A DNA stretch of 32,000 nucleotides from Methanosphaera stadtmanae DSM 3091 (GTDB lineage Archaea > Methanobacteriota > Methanobacteria > Methanobacteriales > Methanobacteriaceae). This document shows, in pieces, positions 1 through 9,380 of the stretch (the first letter of the stretch is position 1; each line of letters opens with the position of its first letter). Position numbers and translations under genes: made by a program. The stretch is from NCBI RefSeq assembly GCF_000012545.1, contig NC_007681.1, forward strand, positions 1,170,001-1,202,000, in the 5' to 3' direction. Under the pieces are notes generated by a model that worked only from the letters and a program-made list of their open reading frames with translations, had not been told where the DNA came from and did not search any database.

Positions 1-708
1 GAAATTCCACCAGAACTTGAAAATGAAAAAAAAGTCATTGGTCAAGCAGTACTTGATTTTACTAAAAGAAAAAGTGTGTATTATAAGAAGAGTAAAATTC
101 AAGGAGTAAGACGTACAAGAGAACTTGAACATATTGCTGGAATTGATAACTTAGAAACAATACATAAAGAATTTGGTATTAGATTCAAATTAAATCCATC
201 AACAGTATATTTTAGTCCACGACTTGCAACAGAACGTTTACGTGTTGTAAAAGAAGTAAAAGAAAATGAAGTTATAATAGATTTCTTTGCAGGTATAGGT
301 TCATTTCCAATAAGTATTGCACATAGGAAAAATGCTAAGATATACAGTGTAGATATTAATCCTGAAGCATACAAGTATGTACAAGAAAATATTAAACTTA
401 ATAAATTAGTTGGAACTGTTATACCAATTGAAGGAGATATAAGAAAGGTAATTGATAAACTACCACTTGCTAATAGAATCATAATGAACCTACCTGGTAC
501 TGCTAAAGAATTTCTTACAGTTGCTATTAATCATCTACAAAAGGATGGTATCTTAAATTACTATGAATTCTCATCAGACTATGAAACAGTGATAAAAAGA
601 GTAGAAAAAGCAGCCTATCCACGTGAAACTGATGTTTTAAATATTAGAAAAGTAAAATCTCAAAGTCCAGGAGTATGGCATATAGCCCTAGATATGAAAA
701 TTAAATAA
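1..708 (+). CDS. Class I SAM-dependent tRNA methyltransferase, Trm5/Taw2 (Met-10+) family; 5'-truncated by the window edge
   Basis: Frame 1 is open from base 1 to the stop at 706-708, so the listed M at 76 is internal. It carries the SAM-binding motif FFAGIGSFPISIA and the IIMNLPG motif typical of Trm5/Taw2 enzymes. Confidence 0.75.
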   Translation, partial: EIPPELENEKKVIGQAVLDFTKRKSVYYKKSKIQGVRRTRELEHIAGIDNLETIHKEFGIRFKLNPSTVYFSPRLATERLRVVKEVKENEVIIDFFAGIGSFPISIAHRKNAKIYSVDINPEAYKYVQENIKLNKLVGTVIPIEGDIRKVIDKLPLANRIIMNLPGTAKEFLTVAINHLQKDGILNYYEFSSDYETVIKRVEKAAYPRETDVLNIRKVKSQSPGVWHIALDMKIK

Positions 709-731
709 AAAAAAGAGAGTAGAAAAAGGTA

Positions 732-1676
732 TTATAATGGTTTTTTAATACCTTCCTCTGTAATAATACCAGTTATTAAATCTGATTCAACAATATCAAA
801 TGCCGGATTTTCCACATTTGTTTGTTTTTTTGAAATATATTTACCATTAATACATAACACTTCCTCCGGCAATCTTTGTTCTATTATAGTATCAAAAATA
901 TTATTCTCAAAATCAAATGTACTCATTGGTGCAGCAACATAAAATGGAATATCATATCGTTTAGCAGCAAGAGCAACCATTAATGAACCAATTTTATTAG
1001 CAACACCATCTTTTGCAACCCTATCAGCACCAATTATAACCTTATCTACTTCACCTTTTTGCATCATATGTCCTGCAGCACCATCAACAATTAAACGTAC
1101 AGGTATATTTTCTTGTTGCATCTCAAATACACTTAGTCTTGCACCCTGAAGTACTGGTCTTGTTTCATCACATATTACATCAATATTTTTATTAGCCTCA
1201 TGTGCTGCTCTAATAACACCAAGAGCTGTACCATAACCTGCACATGCTAATGCTCCTGCATTACAATGTGTTAATATAGTATCATTATCATCAATAATAC
1301 TATTTCCATATTCACCAATCTTTTTATTAATAGCAACATCGTCCTTTTCCATTTCAATTGCAACATCAACTGCCGATTTACCCCTGGATACTAAATCAAG
1401 AACTTTATCAACGGCCCAAAAAAGATTTACAGCAGTAGGTCTTGCAGATTTTATTTCATCACCAATAACATCCATGTCCTCTCCAGCTAATTCTCCAAGA
1501 GCCATACCATAAGCTGCAGATACACCTATTGCAGGAGCACCTCTTACCTTCATAGTTTTAATTCCATCTATTACATCAGTATATGTTCTACATTCCACAT
1601 ATTCTATTGTATGTGGAAGTTTTGTTTGATCTAATAAAAATAATCTGTTATTTTCCCAATATAATGTTCTAATCAT
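732..1676 (-). CDS. mtnA: eIF-2B-related methylthioribose-1-phosphate (5-deoxyribose-1-phosphate) isomerase, MtnA-like
   Basis: The N-terminal signature LYWENNRLFLLDQTKLPH...MKVRGAPAIGVSAAYG matches the MtnA / aIF-2BI family. A GAGGT Shine-Dalgarno sits 8 nt upstream of the ATG at 1676. Confidence 0.8.
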   Translation of the reverse strand: MIRTLYWENNRLFLLDQTKLPHTIEYVECRTYTDVIDGIKTMKVRGAPAIGVSAAYGMALGELAGEDMDVIGDEIKSARPTAVNLFWAVDKVLDLVSRGKSAVDVAIEMEKDDVAINKKIGEYGNSIIDDNDTILTHCNAGALACAGYGTALGVIRAAHEANKNIDVICDETRPVLQGARLSVFEMQQENIPVRLIVDGAAGHMMQKGEVDKVIIGADRVAKDGVANKIGSLMVALAAKRYDIPFYVAAPMSTFDFENNIFDTIIEQRLPEEVLCINGKYISKKQTNVENPAFDIVESDLITGIITEEGIKKPL

Positions 1677-1750
1677 AATAATTACCTCTAAAAAAACAAT
1701 ATTCTCATGGTTAATATATAATATAAAAAGTATATAAATTCTATTTTTCC

Positions 1751-1770
1751 TAAAAAGAGTTAAAAAGAGT
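1751..1770 (-). terminator. Oligo-T terminator after the NifB-like gene (tandem 10-nt repeat ACTCTTTTTA x2 on the minus strand)
   Basis: The plus strand reads TAAAAAGAGT TAAAAAGAGT at 1751-1770, giving two T5 runs on the minus strand starting about 10 nt after the stop at 1777-1779. Archaeal terminators are typically oligo-T tracts. Confidence 0.45.
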
Positions 1771-1776
1771 CATTAT

Positions 1777-2652
1777 TTAATAATGACTGTTAGGTACAAG
1801 ATCCAATGAAAAATCATCACTCTTTTTACCAGGTATTCCAAATGCATCAGCTCTACACTGAGTACATGCCCTAAATACTGGAAGATATTCTTCAACTTCC
1901 TCTCTTACCTCACTTAACATGCCACAACCTGGACGTTCATAATCCTTAAATTTATTCATAGGTATTAATGGTAGGACATTCATAATAGATGCACCCTTAC
2001 TTTTAACAACAGATGCAATTTCTTTTATATGTTTATCATTTACTCCGGGTATTAATACAGAATTTACCTTCACAATAACACCACGTTTAGATAACATTTC
2101 AATACCCTTAAGTTGATTATCTAAAAGAATTTTAAAACCCTCAACTCCATGATATATCCTTCCACCATACTCAATATTATCATATATTTTAGAACCAATA
2201 TTAACATCCACTGCATTAACAGTAATTGTCACAGTTTTAACACCAACTTCTGCTATTTCATCAGCATATTTAGGTACAAGTAGTCCATTAGTACTCATAC
2301 ATAATATAAGATTAGGAAATTCTTCCTTAACTTTTCTAAATAATTTTAAAGTATTAGGATTACATAATGAATCTCCAGGACCTGCAACACCAATTACATT
2401 AATAGGCATGGATTTAACTGTCTTTCTTATATGATTCATTGCCTCATCTATTGACATGATACATGAAGCTACACCCGGCCTTTTTTCTACATCATTAAGT
2501 GATCTTGTACAGAATCCACATTGAATATTACATTTTGGTGCAATAGGAATATGAATTCTTCCAACTTTATCATGTATTTTTTCATTAAAACATGGATGAG
2601 CCTGAGTTACATGTGCAAAATGACTCATCTTCTTATCGTCTTTATTATTCAA
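1777..2652 (-). CDS. nifB: NifB-type radical SAM protein (stand-alone core domain, no NifX extension)
   Basis: AHPCF motif, IPIAPKCNIQCGFC (CX3CX2C radical SAM motif, Cys codons 2509-2532), RPGV, and C-terminal CTQCRADAFG all match the NifB core. The TTG start at 2652 lies 8 nt after a perfect AAGGAGG; the first ATG (MSHF) is at 2628. Only 29 nt separate it from the mmp17 stop. Confidence 0.8.
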   Translation of the reverse strand: MNNKDDKKMSHFAHVTQAHPCFNEKIHDKVGRIHIPIAPKCNIQCGFCTRSLNDVEKRPGVASCIMSIDEAMNHIRKTVKSMPINVIGVAGPGDSLCNPNTLKLFRKVKEEFPNLILCMSTNGLLVPKYADEIAEVGVKTVTITVNAVDVNIGSKIYDNIEYGGRIYHGVEGFKILLDNQLKGIEMLSKRGVIVKVNSVLIPGVNDKHIKEIASVVKSKGASIMNVLPLIPMNKFKDYERPGCGMLSEVREEVEEYLPVFRACTQCRADAFGIPGKKSDDFSLDLVPNSHY

Positions 2653-2681
2653 TGAAAAAACCTCCTTAAATCATGAAATAA

Positions 2682-3233
2682 TCACATATTTTTAACTTCT
2701 TCAATCACTTCTTCAAATTTCTTATTCCATTTCTCATCAATAATTTCATCACTACTCATAAGACAAATTAAATTTCCTTCACTAGCATTACGTGTCATAC
2801 GAAAACCTTCAGGCATAACCCTAAATAATGCATCATATACCTTTCTTTTAAGTTCATGTGATGGATCAATAATCATTAAATTCTCAGCATCAACTGTTGG
2901 ATTTTTAATTTCAATCTTATATCTATCAGGTTGTGAAACATTAACACGACCCTCTTTACTCCACAATACCCTTAAAAGATCTGGAAGATAATTCTCATTT
3001 TCTATCTTAATTTTTAAAACATTATCCTCTATAACATATGATGCCATATCAGTTAAATATATTGGCTGTGATGCTTTTTCTAGTTTTACTACCCCAATAA
3101 ATAAGGCATCTCTAGGATCAATAAATAACTTAACTGCACTTATAGCCCTTGCTAATTTAAGATCTTGAAGTGCATGTCTTAGTAATGTATCATATACTTG
3201 AGCACCCACTTCATCATAACACTCTACATACAT
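2682..3233 (-). CDS. mmp17: Methanogenesis marker protein 17 (Mmp17)
   Basis: About 183 aa with N-terminus MYVECYDEVGAQVYD. Its size and its position after the Mmp15 ATPase fit the conserved mmp cassette. A GGAGG precedes the ATG. The marker number is assigned from memory of family size and synteny. Confidence 0.6.
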   Translation of the reverse strand: MYVECYDEVGAQVYDTLLRHALQDLKLARAISAVKLFIDPRDALFIGVVKLEKASQPIYLTDMASYVIEDNVLKIKIENENYLPDLLRVLWSKEGRVNVSQPDRYKIEIKNPTVDAENLMIIDPSHELKRKVYDALFRVMPEGFRMTRNASEGNLICLMSSDEIIDEKWNKKFEEVIEEVKNM

Positions 3234-3251
3234 GGGAATCCTCCATTGTAA

Positions 3252-4514
3252 TTAGAATCTTTTACTATCATCAATATCTGTATCTTTAAGTCCAGAAACA
3301 AGCATTGCAGATCCCACTGCTCCAATATACTGTGAATATTCTGGTACAATAATATCAATACCACCAAGAATATCTTGAACAGCATCAACTAAACCTGCTA
3401 CAAGAGAAGTACCTCCCACTTGTATTAAAGGTTCACGAACATCAATTTCCTGTAATTGTTGTTCATATACTTGTTCTGCAACAGAATAACATGCTGCACT
3501 AGCAGCATCTTCTTTTGAAGCCCCACCTGCAAGGGATGTAACAAGATCCTGAATACCAAATACTATACAGTAACTATTTAACACAGCATTTTTATAATTA
3601 CCTTTCTGAGCAAGTGGACCAAGTTCTGTAATATCAACACCTAATCTCCCACTAGTCATATCTAAAAAACGACCAGATGCTCCAGCACATATACCACCCA
3701 TTGTAAAGTTATCAGGAATACCATTATTTACAGTAATTACCTTGTTATCCATACCACCAATATCAAGAACTGTTGCTTCACCTTTTTGTGCACCAGCCAA
3801 ATACACAGCACCTTTACTATTTACAGATATTTCTTCCTGAATAAGTTTTGCACCCATATGCTTACCTATTGTCATACGCCCATAACCAGTGGTCCCTATA
3901 GCTTCAACATCATCAAGTGTATAATCAGTTTCTGCAAATGCTTCATTAATAGCATCATTTGTACAACCAATAATATCACCAGTTTTTACCCAACCAGTAC
4001 CTAATACTTCATCATTTTCCATTAATGCTACTTTAGTTGTTGTTGAACCACTATCTATACCAAGAGTAAGACCTTCTTGTTTTTCACGTGCAAGAATACT
4101 TTTTCTTGAAACTACAGTGGTTAATGCCTCCATACGAATAAATAATTCAGATGCTTTTGTTTTTTCTGTAAATGAATATGTTACTACAGGTAAATCAGTA
4201 TTATTTTGTATTAATCTACGTACTTCATTTCTTGCAATTGCTGCTTCTGCACATCTAAAACAAGTACATATAAACACTGCATCAGCTTCATTTTTACCTT
4301 CTACAAGGGACATTGCCCTTGCAATCATTAATTTAAGACTTGAACTTGCACAGCTTAAACCAAATTTTTCATAAGCCTCATCAATGTCATCTAAATTCAC
4401 ATCAGGCATAACCATTTGTGCACCAAACATACCTGCTGCTTTTTCAATTTCCTTTTGAACACCACTATATTCTGTTCCACAAGATAGTTGAGCTATTTTA
4501 ATCATTATCATCAT
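3252..4514 (-). CDS. mmp15: Methanogenesis marker protein 15 (Mmp15), BadF/BadG/BcrA/BcrD-type (acyl-CoA dehydratase activator-like) ATPase with an N-terminal Cys-containing domain
   Basis: Has an actin-fold ATPase phosphate-1 motif [14 protein letters not shown], then DIGGMD and VGGTS motifs. The N-terminal domain contains CTCFRC. Candidate starts are 4514, 4511 or 4505, and each overlaps the mmp5 stop (4498). Confidence 0.75.
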   Translation of the reverse strand: MMIMIKIAQLSCGTEYSGVQKEIEKAAGMFGAQMVMPDVNLDDIDEAYEKFGLSCASSSLKLMIARAMSLVEGKNEADAVFICTCFRCAEAAIARNEVRRLIQNNTDLPVVTYSFTEKTKASELFIRMEALTTVVSRKSILAREKQEGLTLGIDSGSTTTKVALMENDEVLGTGWVKTGDIIGCTNDAINEAFAETDYTLDDVEAIGTTGYGRMTIGKHMGAKLIQEEISVNSKGAVYLAGAQKGEATVLDIGGMDNKVITVNNGIPDNFTMGGICAGASGRFLDMTSGRLGVDITELGPLAQKGNYKNAVLNSYCIVFGIQDLVTSLAGGASKEDAASAACYSVAEQVYEQQLQEIDVREPLIQVGGTSLVAGLVDAVQDILGGIDIIVPEYSQYIGAVGSAMLVSGLKDTDIDDSKRF

Positions 4515-4956
4515 CTTCCATATTATTTAAGTTATCAAGAAATGTATTTATTTTATGTACCATTTCTACAGTTGCATCACGAGATGTAGGATAATCTAAC
4601 TCCAATACTGGAATATCTTTTCTTCTTAATGAAAATACTGTTAATTCAGATGATCTAGCACATCCTACACATCCAAAACCATATGGTGCTTCATTCATTA
4701 TAATAGCAGCTTCTGCTTCTTCTATTATTGGACCAAATAAAGACATACGACCACGTACACCAGAGGGAACTTCTATTGCAGCATATTTAAGACCACTTAT
4801 TGGATCGTCCTCAGTCATGTTAAATGGAGGTGCATCAATATCTGGACTTGTTACCTTCTGTTTCATCTGTTTTTGAACAACTAATGGTTCATGACCACAT
4901 CTAACTACCATATCTGCTAAAATCATAGAGTTAGGTGGAAAAATTGCAACTTTCAT
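4498..4956 (-). CDS. mmp5: Methanogenesis marker protein 5 (Mmp5)
   Basis: 152 aa with [10 protein letters not shown]...[12 protein letters not shown]...[19 protein letters not shown]...FGCVGCARS...[11 protein letters not shown], the pattern I recognise for the marker-5 family. GAGGT lies 7 nt upstream of the ATG. Confidence 0.65.
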   Translation of the reverse strand: MKVAIFPPNSMILADMVVRCGHEPLVVQKQMKQKVTSPDIDAPPFNMTEDDPISGLKYAAIEVPSGVRGRMSLFGPIIEEAEAAIIMNEAPYGFGCVGCARSSELTVFSLRRKDIPVLELDYPTSRDATVEMVHKINTFLDNLNNMEDDDND

Positions 4957-4985
4957 AATATAACCTCTAATTAATTCTCCTTTTT

Positions 4986-5597
4986 CTAATTAAATTCATT
5001 TATTATTTTTTCTAAATCATTTAATGATATCTTCTTTTTATAAGGCCTCATATCACAATTTAAATTATCATCATTAATTACTTCATTTTTATATTTGCCA
5101 GTATGAAGTCCTTGAAGAAAATCATTAATTCTATCTATCATACAAATTATTTTCTCCCTATTATCAGGATATGCTAATTCAAGTATTGGAATATCTTTTT
5201 GTTTAATTAACTGTATTAAAAGTTTATAATGATTATAACATCCAACACAACTAAATAATATCAATTCATTTAAATGATTATACATATGTTTGTAACCTTT
5301 AGGACGTGGACCCATAATAATAGCAGCATCAGCATCCCTAATAATAAAATCAAACATAGACATACGACCACGTAGGCCTGATGGAGTCTCACATGAGGCA
5401 TACTTATTTCCAGTTAATCTCTCATGATCCTTCATACTAAATGGTGGAGCATCATAATCACAAAAAGAATCATCATAGGGATCCTTTTTTCGTAATTTTT
5501 CCTCTGAAAGATTTGTTGATGATAAATATTCATGACCATTCTTAGTTACTAAATGAATAATCATCATAGCACCATCAGGAATTACTGCTATTTTCAT
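4986..5597 (-). CDS. Divergent Mmp5 paralog with insertions
   Basis: Aligns block by block with the adjacent Mmp5: [56 protein letters not shown]. It has about 50 extra residues. I prefer the ATG at 5597 (AGGTG 6 nt upstream, overlapping the mmp6 stop). The longest ORF starts at a GTG at 5606. Confidence 0.6.
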   Translation of the reverse strand: MKIAVIPDGAMMIIHLVTKNGHEYLSSTNLSEEKLRKKDPYDDSFCDYDAPPFSMKDHERLTGNKYASCETPSGLRGRMSMFDFIIRDADAAIIMGPRPKGYKHMYNHLNELILFSCVGCYNHYKLLIQLIKQKDIPILELAYPDNREKIICMIDRINDFLQGLHTGKYKNEVINDDNLNCDMRPYKKKISLNDLEKIINEFN

Positions 5598-5606
5598 GAA
5601 TAACAC

Positions 5607-6104
5607 CTATTTTTTAGATTCAACTTCATCTACAATACTTTTAAAATCATCAACTGAAATCTTTTTAGGTAATTCTAAATCAACATGTTTTGGATGTTCT
5701 AAAGCATAACTTACATCCTCTAGTAATTTATATTCAGCTTCAATTTGATGAAAACCTTCACGAGCTCCCCCTCTTTTAGCTCTACATCTCCTTGGATCAC
5801 CTGGAGGAAAACCTCTAAATTTAATGAAAATATGACTAGGATCTAATTTTCTAGTCTTTTCAATTGCTTCCATAATATCTTCTCTAACACCATTAATGTT
5901 TGCACCATAACAAGTTAGACGAATATTAATAGGTAATTCAAGTAAATGTAAAAAATTCATTAATTCTTTTGAACTTACTCTACATCCAGGACCTAAAACA
6001 ATCATACGAGTTATTTTATCCTTCTGATTTGAATCTCTGTATGTTCCATCACCCATTGGAATATGACAAAATTCTGTGTCAATATCTTTAGCGTTCTTTG
6101 ACAT
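5607..6104 (-). CDS. mmp6: Methanogenesis marker protein 6 (Mmp6)
   Basis: 165 aa, positioned between Mmp3 and Mmp5 as in the conserved cassette. Contains [27 protein letters not shown] lies 9 nt upstream of the ATG at 6104, inside the mmp3 3' end, giving a 17-nt overlap. Confidence 0.6.
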   Translation of the reverse strand: MSKNAKDIDTEFCHIPMGDGTYRDSNQKDKITRMIVLGPGCRVSSKELMNFLHLLELPINIRLTCYGANINGVREDIMEAIEKTRKLDPSHIFIKFRGFPPGDPRRCRAKRGGAREGFHQIEAEYKLLEDVSYALEHPKHVDLELPKKISVDDFKSIVDEVESKK

Positions 6105-7620
6105 AAACAGTATCTCCTTCTTTAAATGCTTTTAGATTATCAAATCCAGCAACAACTTTTCCAATCACATTAGTAGCACTGAATGATTCACCAGTAGGAC
6201 CAAATTCACTATTGTCTTCAAAACGAATACCAATATTACCAACATGTTTACATGCAGTGTTACTTACACATATTTCCCAAGCATTAACCTTATTATCTGG
6301 TAATTTTTCTGGAATTAAACCTTTAGCTTCTTTATTCACTGCTTTAAACATGATTATATTCATTTCCTTTATTGCCATATTAACACGTAGATGTCCAACA
6401 TCACCATTTAATAAACCAGAAATTTTTCTAAAATACCATACTGAACTTGGATTTTCATCAGCATATAATTCTATTTCAACAAAATCATCCTTAGGTACTC
6501 CCAATGTCTTAAGTTTCTTTTGTTTATCAATATCCACAGTATAAAGTGGGTCTTGTGCAACAATTATAGCATCATCATCAACTAATCCATCACGTTCATG
6601 TTCAATACCTAAGTTTTCAAGATAAATATCAGCATCTTTTTGTGTTAATGCAACAGTAGATATCTTTTCAGGTACTGTTTTAATAGTTATTTTTTCATGT
6701 TCTTTAACAGTATCTAATAACTGTATACCTCTAGATACATAACCAATTATGTTATGTGAAGGTACTCCTACACGATCTTCTCTGTAGATATATACTCTTC
6801 CTACACCAGCACCCTGATTTCTTAGGGTAACTGCACCACGTTTTCTTTTTTCAATAACTTCTGAATCCTTTTCTAAGCCCCTTAATTTATCATTACCAAT
6901 AAAACTTTCAGATTCATAGTCTACATAGAAAGTTCCATCTTCTATTATTTTAAGAAAATGTTCAAAGGATATTGGTGCTTCATGATTTGCCTCAATTTCA
7001 ACATAAGTAAATAATTCATTACCTTCCTTTAGTGTTGTTGATAAATCTGTAACTGATGCACTATTAATAACACTTTTACGTTCAATAATAGGTTCAATAT
7101 TTATAATTTCATCAGTATTTTTAAGTTTAAGAATATTTCTTTTACCACCAACAACTGTAGCAACAATTCCCTTATTCTGATTAGGTACACTATAAATTGA
7201 TTGATGTTTAGATTTAGAGAAAATAATATGAGTAGCTTCATTTGAAAATCCAGATAAACTGATGATTACATCCCATCTATTATATAAATACTCATTATTT
7301 GTTGGCTCTAAATCAGATTTTACTGCACCCATAGCCACTTCTTGTGATGTAGTCCAACGAATTACTTTATTAATAAATTTCTTATAATTTTTTTTCCAGA
7401 AATCTGTTAATAATTCTGCATTATCAACTAATTCAATAATTACACTACCACCAGTAGTTTCTATTTTATATTTATTTACTTGACTTTCAAGTTCTTGCCT
7501 ACCTTCAATTAAAGCAATAGGTGTACCACTGATATATGGTGCATTAGAAAGTTTAATAGCATCTTCAACAGTTGAACCAGCAGTTATATCCATTTCAATA
7601 TCATTGATTTTTACTTGCAT
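6088..7620 (-). CDS. mmp3: Methanogenesis marker protein 3 (Mmp3, UPF0288 family)
   Basis: 510 aa and first gene of the cassette; size and position fit marker 3. GAGG lies 8 nt upstream of the ATG at 7620. Confidence 0.65.
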   Translation of the reverse strand: MQVKINDIEMDITAGSTVEDAIKLSNAPYISGTPIALIEGRQELESQVNKYKIETTGGSVIIELVDNAELLTDFWKKNYKKFINKVIRWTTSQEVAMGAVKSDLEPTNNEYLYNRWDVIISLSGFSNEATHIIFSKSKHQSIYSVPNQNKGIVATVVGGKRNILKLKNTDEIINIEPIIERKSVINSASVTDLSTTLKEGNELFTYVEIEANHEAPISFEHFLKIIEDGTFYVDYESESFIGNDKLRGLEKDSEVIEKRKRGAVTLRNQGAGVGRVYIYREDRVGVPSHNIIGYVSRGIQLLDTVKEHEKITIKTVPEKISTVALTQKDADIYLENLGIEHERDGLVDDDAIIVAQDPLYTVDIDKQKKLKTLGVPKDDFVEIELYADENPSSVWYFRKISGLLNGDVGHLRVNMAIKEMNIIMFKAVNKEAKGLIPEKLPDNKVNAWEICVSNTACKHVGNIGIRFEDNSEFGPTGESFSATNVIGKVVAGFDNLKAFKEGDTVYVKER

Positions 7621-7633
7621 TTTTTCGCCTCAA

Positions 7634-7670
7634 TAAGAGTTAATGAAATATCAACATGATATAACTCTTA
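7634..7670 (-). promoter_or_regulatory. Nested inverted repeat (hairpin or operator) in the mmp3 leader
   Basis: TAAGAGTTA (7634-7642) is the perfect reverse complement of TAACTCTTA (7662-7670). An inner pair TATCA (7649-7653) / TGATA (7657-7661) sits within it. The element lies 14-50 nt upstream of the mmp3 ATG, just 5' of the GAGG Shine-Dalgarno. Confidence 0.35.
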
Positions 7671-7907
7671 GTTTATTTAGAAATTTATGAAGTATTTCTA
7701 TAATTTAAACTTTAAGCTTTATACTATTAATAGTATTATAAAAAAAATATAATATACTTATATATGAAGTATATTTTTTAGAAATAAATTCTATTGAAAT
7801 ATATACTAAAAATTATTTATTTTAAAGACATATTAATATAAAAAACAATTAGAAGTTATAATTAGGGATCATATTATGTAGCAGATTATAGTCCTTGGCT
7901 TGAAGAT

Positions 7908-8135
7908 ATGATTAAATTATTTGCAAATATATCAGATGTAACAGCACAAAATTCAAATGTAAAATTAGATACAAAACTTGAAAATCAAAACAACATAAAT
8001 GATACACTACTAGAAATTGCAGAAATAAATAAAATATTATCAGAGATTCTCTTTAAATTAAACAATACCCTATCTAATATAGATTATAATCTAGAGACTA
8101 AAAAAAAATACTACATCTACTTTAAATATATCTAA
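7908..8135 (+). CDS. Hypothetical small protein (75 aa from the ATG; frame open from 7866)
   Basis: About 90 stop-free codons in DNA that is very AT-rich, where stops should occur roughly every 11 codons. The central segment is heptad-like (LLEIAEINKILSEILFKLNNTL). There is no convincing Shine-Dalgarno and no recognisable family. Confidence 0.25.
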   Translation: MIKLFANISDVTAQNSNVKLDTKLENQNNINDTLLEIAEINKILSEILFKLNNTLSNIDYNLETKKKYYIYFKYI

Positions 8136-8284
8136 TGATAAGACAGTATATAATAACACAGAGGATAATTAATAAAAAAAAGATAATATTAATAAAGAGT
8201 AGTATGTTATACTCTAAAAAACCAATTTCATAGATAAATCTACCTATTTAGTTTTTTTAATAGAAAAAATATAGTATAAAACTC

Positions 8285-8292
8285 AAAAAAAA
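8285..8292 (-). terminator. Oligo-T (T8) terminator after mmp2
   Basis: An A8 run on the plus strand gives T8 on the minus strand, 18 nt downstream of the mmp2 stop (8311-8313). Confidence 0.4.
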
Positions 8293-8310
8293 GAATAAGA
8301 TAAATCAGGT

Positions 8311-9294
8311 TTATTTATCTTCTGAAAAACCCATGATAATTTCATTACTAAAATCAAACACTGTTTTTGTTTCGTTATTGTATGACATGGAAAGTTTATG
8401 ATTAGATGTAACCTTACCTACACAATTTGCATCAATATGTGCTTTATTTAGAAGACTTAAAGTTTCATCTGTTGTTTCTTCAGGTGCAGTTAAAACAAAA
8501 GCACTACCTGGATACATTTTAAACCAACTAATCCAATCAATATCATTTGCACGTGGAATACTTTCTAAGTCTATATGAGCCCCCATATCAGATGCTTCAA
8601 GAAGCATACCTAATGTTCCAACAATACCAGGATTACTAATATCCTTTGCTGCATGAACTAAATGTTTCTTACCAATAGTTTCCATTACATTAATTTGATT
8701 TTGAACATAACTTGGACTTTTATCACTAGTTGTATCCCAATTAATTTCTGTACCTGGATAAACATCACCATCCAAATCAATAGCAACTATTACATTATCA
8801 TCATTTACTGCCCCACAACTAGGTATAACAGCATCTTTATCTACAATACCACTAATTGCAACATCTAAAGCATCATAAGGTGTATCAGGATGAGTATGTC
8901 CACCCACCATTGGTACTCCAAATTTTTTCACACCTTCCTTAATTCCATCCATTATTTGAGCAGTAATTTCAGGATTAGATGATGATAATACATTTGTCAT
9001 ACCCATTGGACGTCCACCCATTGCAGCAATATCATTAACATTAACAAGAACTGAACAATATCCTGCCCACCATGGATTAACATCCATTAATGCACCCCAT
9101 ATTCCATCAGTAGCAAGTAACATTAATTGATTATTACCAATATCAACTGCCGCTGCATCATCACCAAAAGCTAGATACACATTACCTGAAACATTATATA
9201 CATCCTTTAGTTTTTCACGAACATCTGCAATAGATCTTTTACGTGTAACTCCCTTGAATGTTCGTATTGATTCTACTATTTCATTAAAATCCAA
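8311..9294 (-). CDS. mmp2: Methanogenesis marker protein 2 (Mmp2), PurM/AIR-synthase-related ATP-binding superfamily
   Basis: PurM/ThiL/HypE-like N-terminal motif FGDDAAAVD...LLATDG and VNDIAAMGG. The size is 327 aa. The TTG start at 9294 lies 5 nt after GAGGGT. The marker-2 assignment is from memory that this marker is AIR-synthase related. Confidence 0.6.
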   Translation of the reverse strand: MDFNEIVESIRTFKGVTRKRSIADVREKLKDVYNVSGNVYLAFGDDAAAVDIGNNQLMLLATDGIWGALMDVNPWWAGYCSVLVNVNDIAAMGGRPMGMTNVLSSSNPEITAQIMDGIKEGVKKFGVPMVGGHTHPDTPYDALDVAISGIVDKDAVIPSCGAVNDDNVIVAIDLDGDVYPGTEINWDTTSDKSPSYVQNQINVMETIGKKHLVHAAKDISNPGIVGTLGMLLEASDMGAHIDLESIPRANDIDWISWFKMYPGSAFVLTAPEETTDETLSLLNKAHIDANCVGKVTSNHKLSMSYNNETKTVFDFSNEIIMGFSEDK

Positions 9295-9380
9295 ATTATT
9301 ACCCTCTATTTTTTTTAAATAAAAACATTAATATAAGATTAATTCTCAATTTTTATTACATAATTATTTCTTTTATATCT

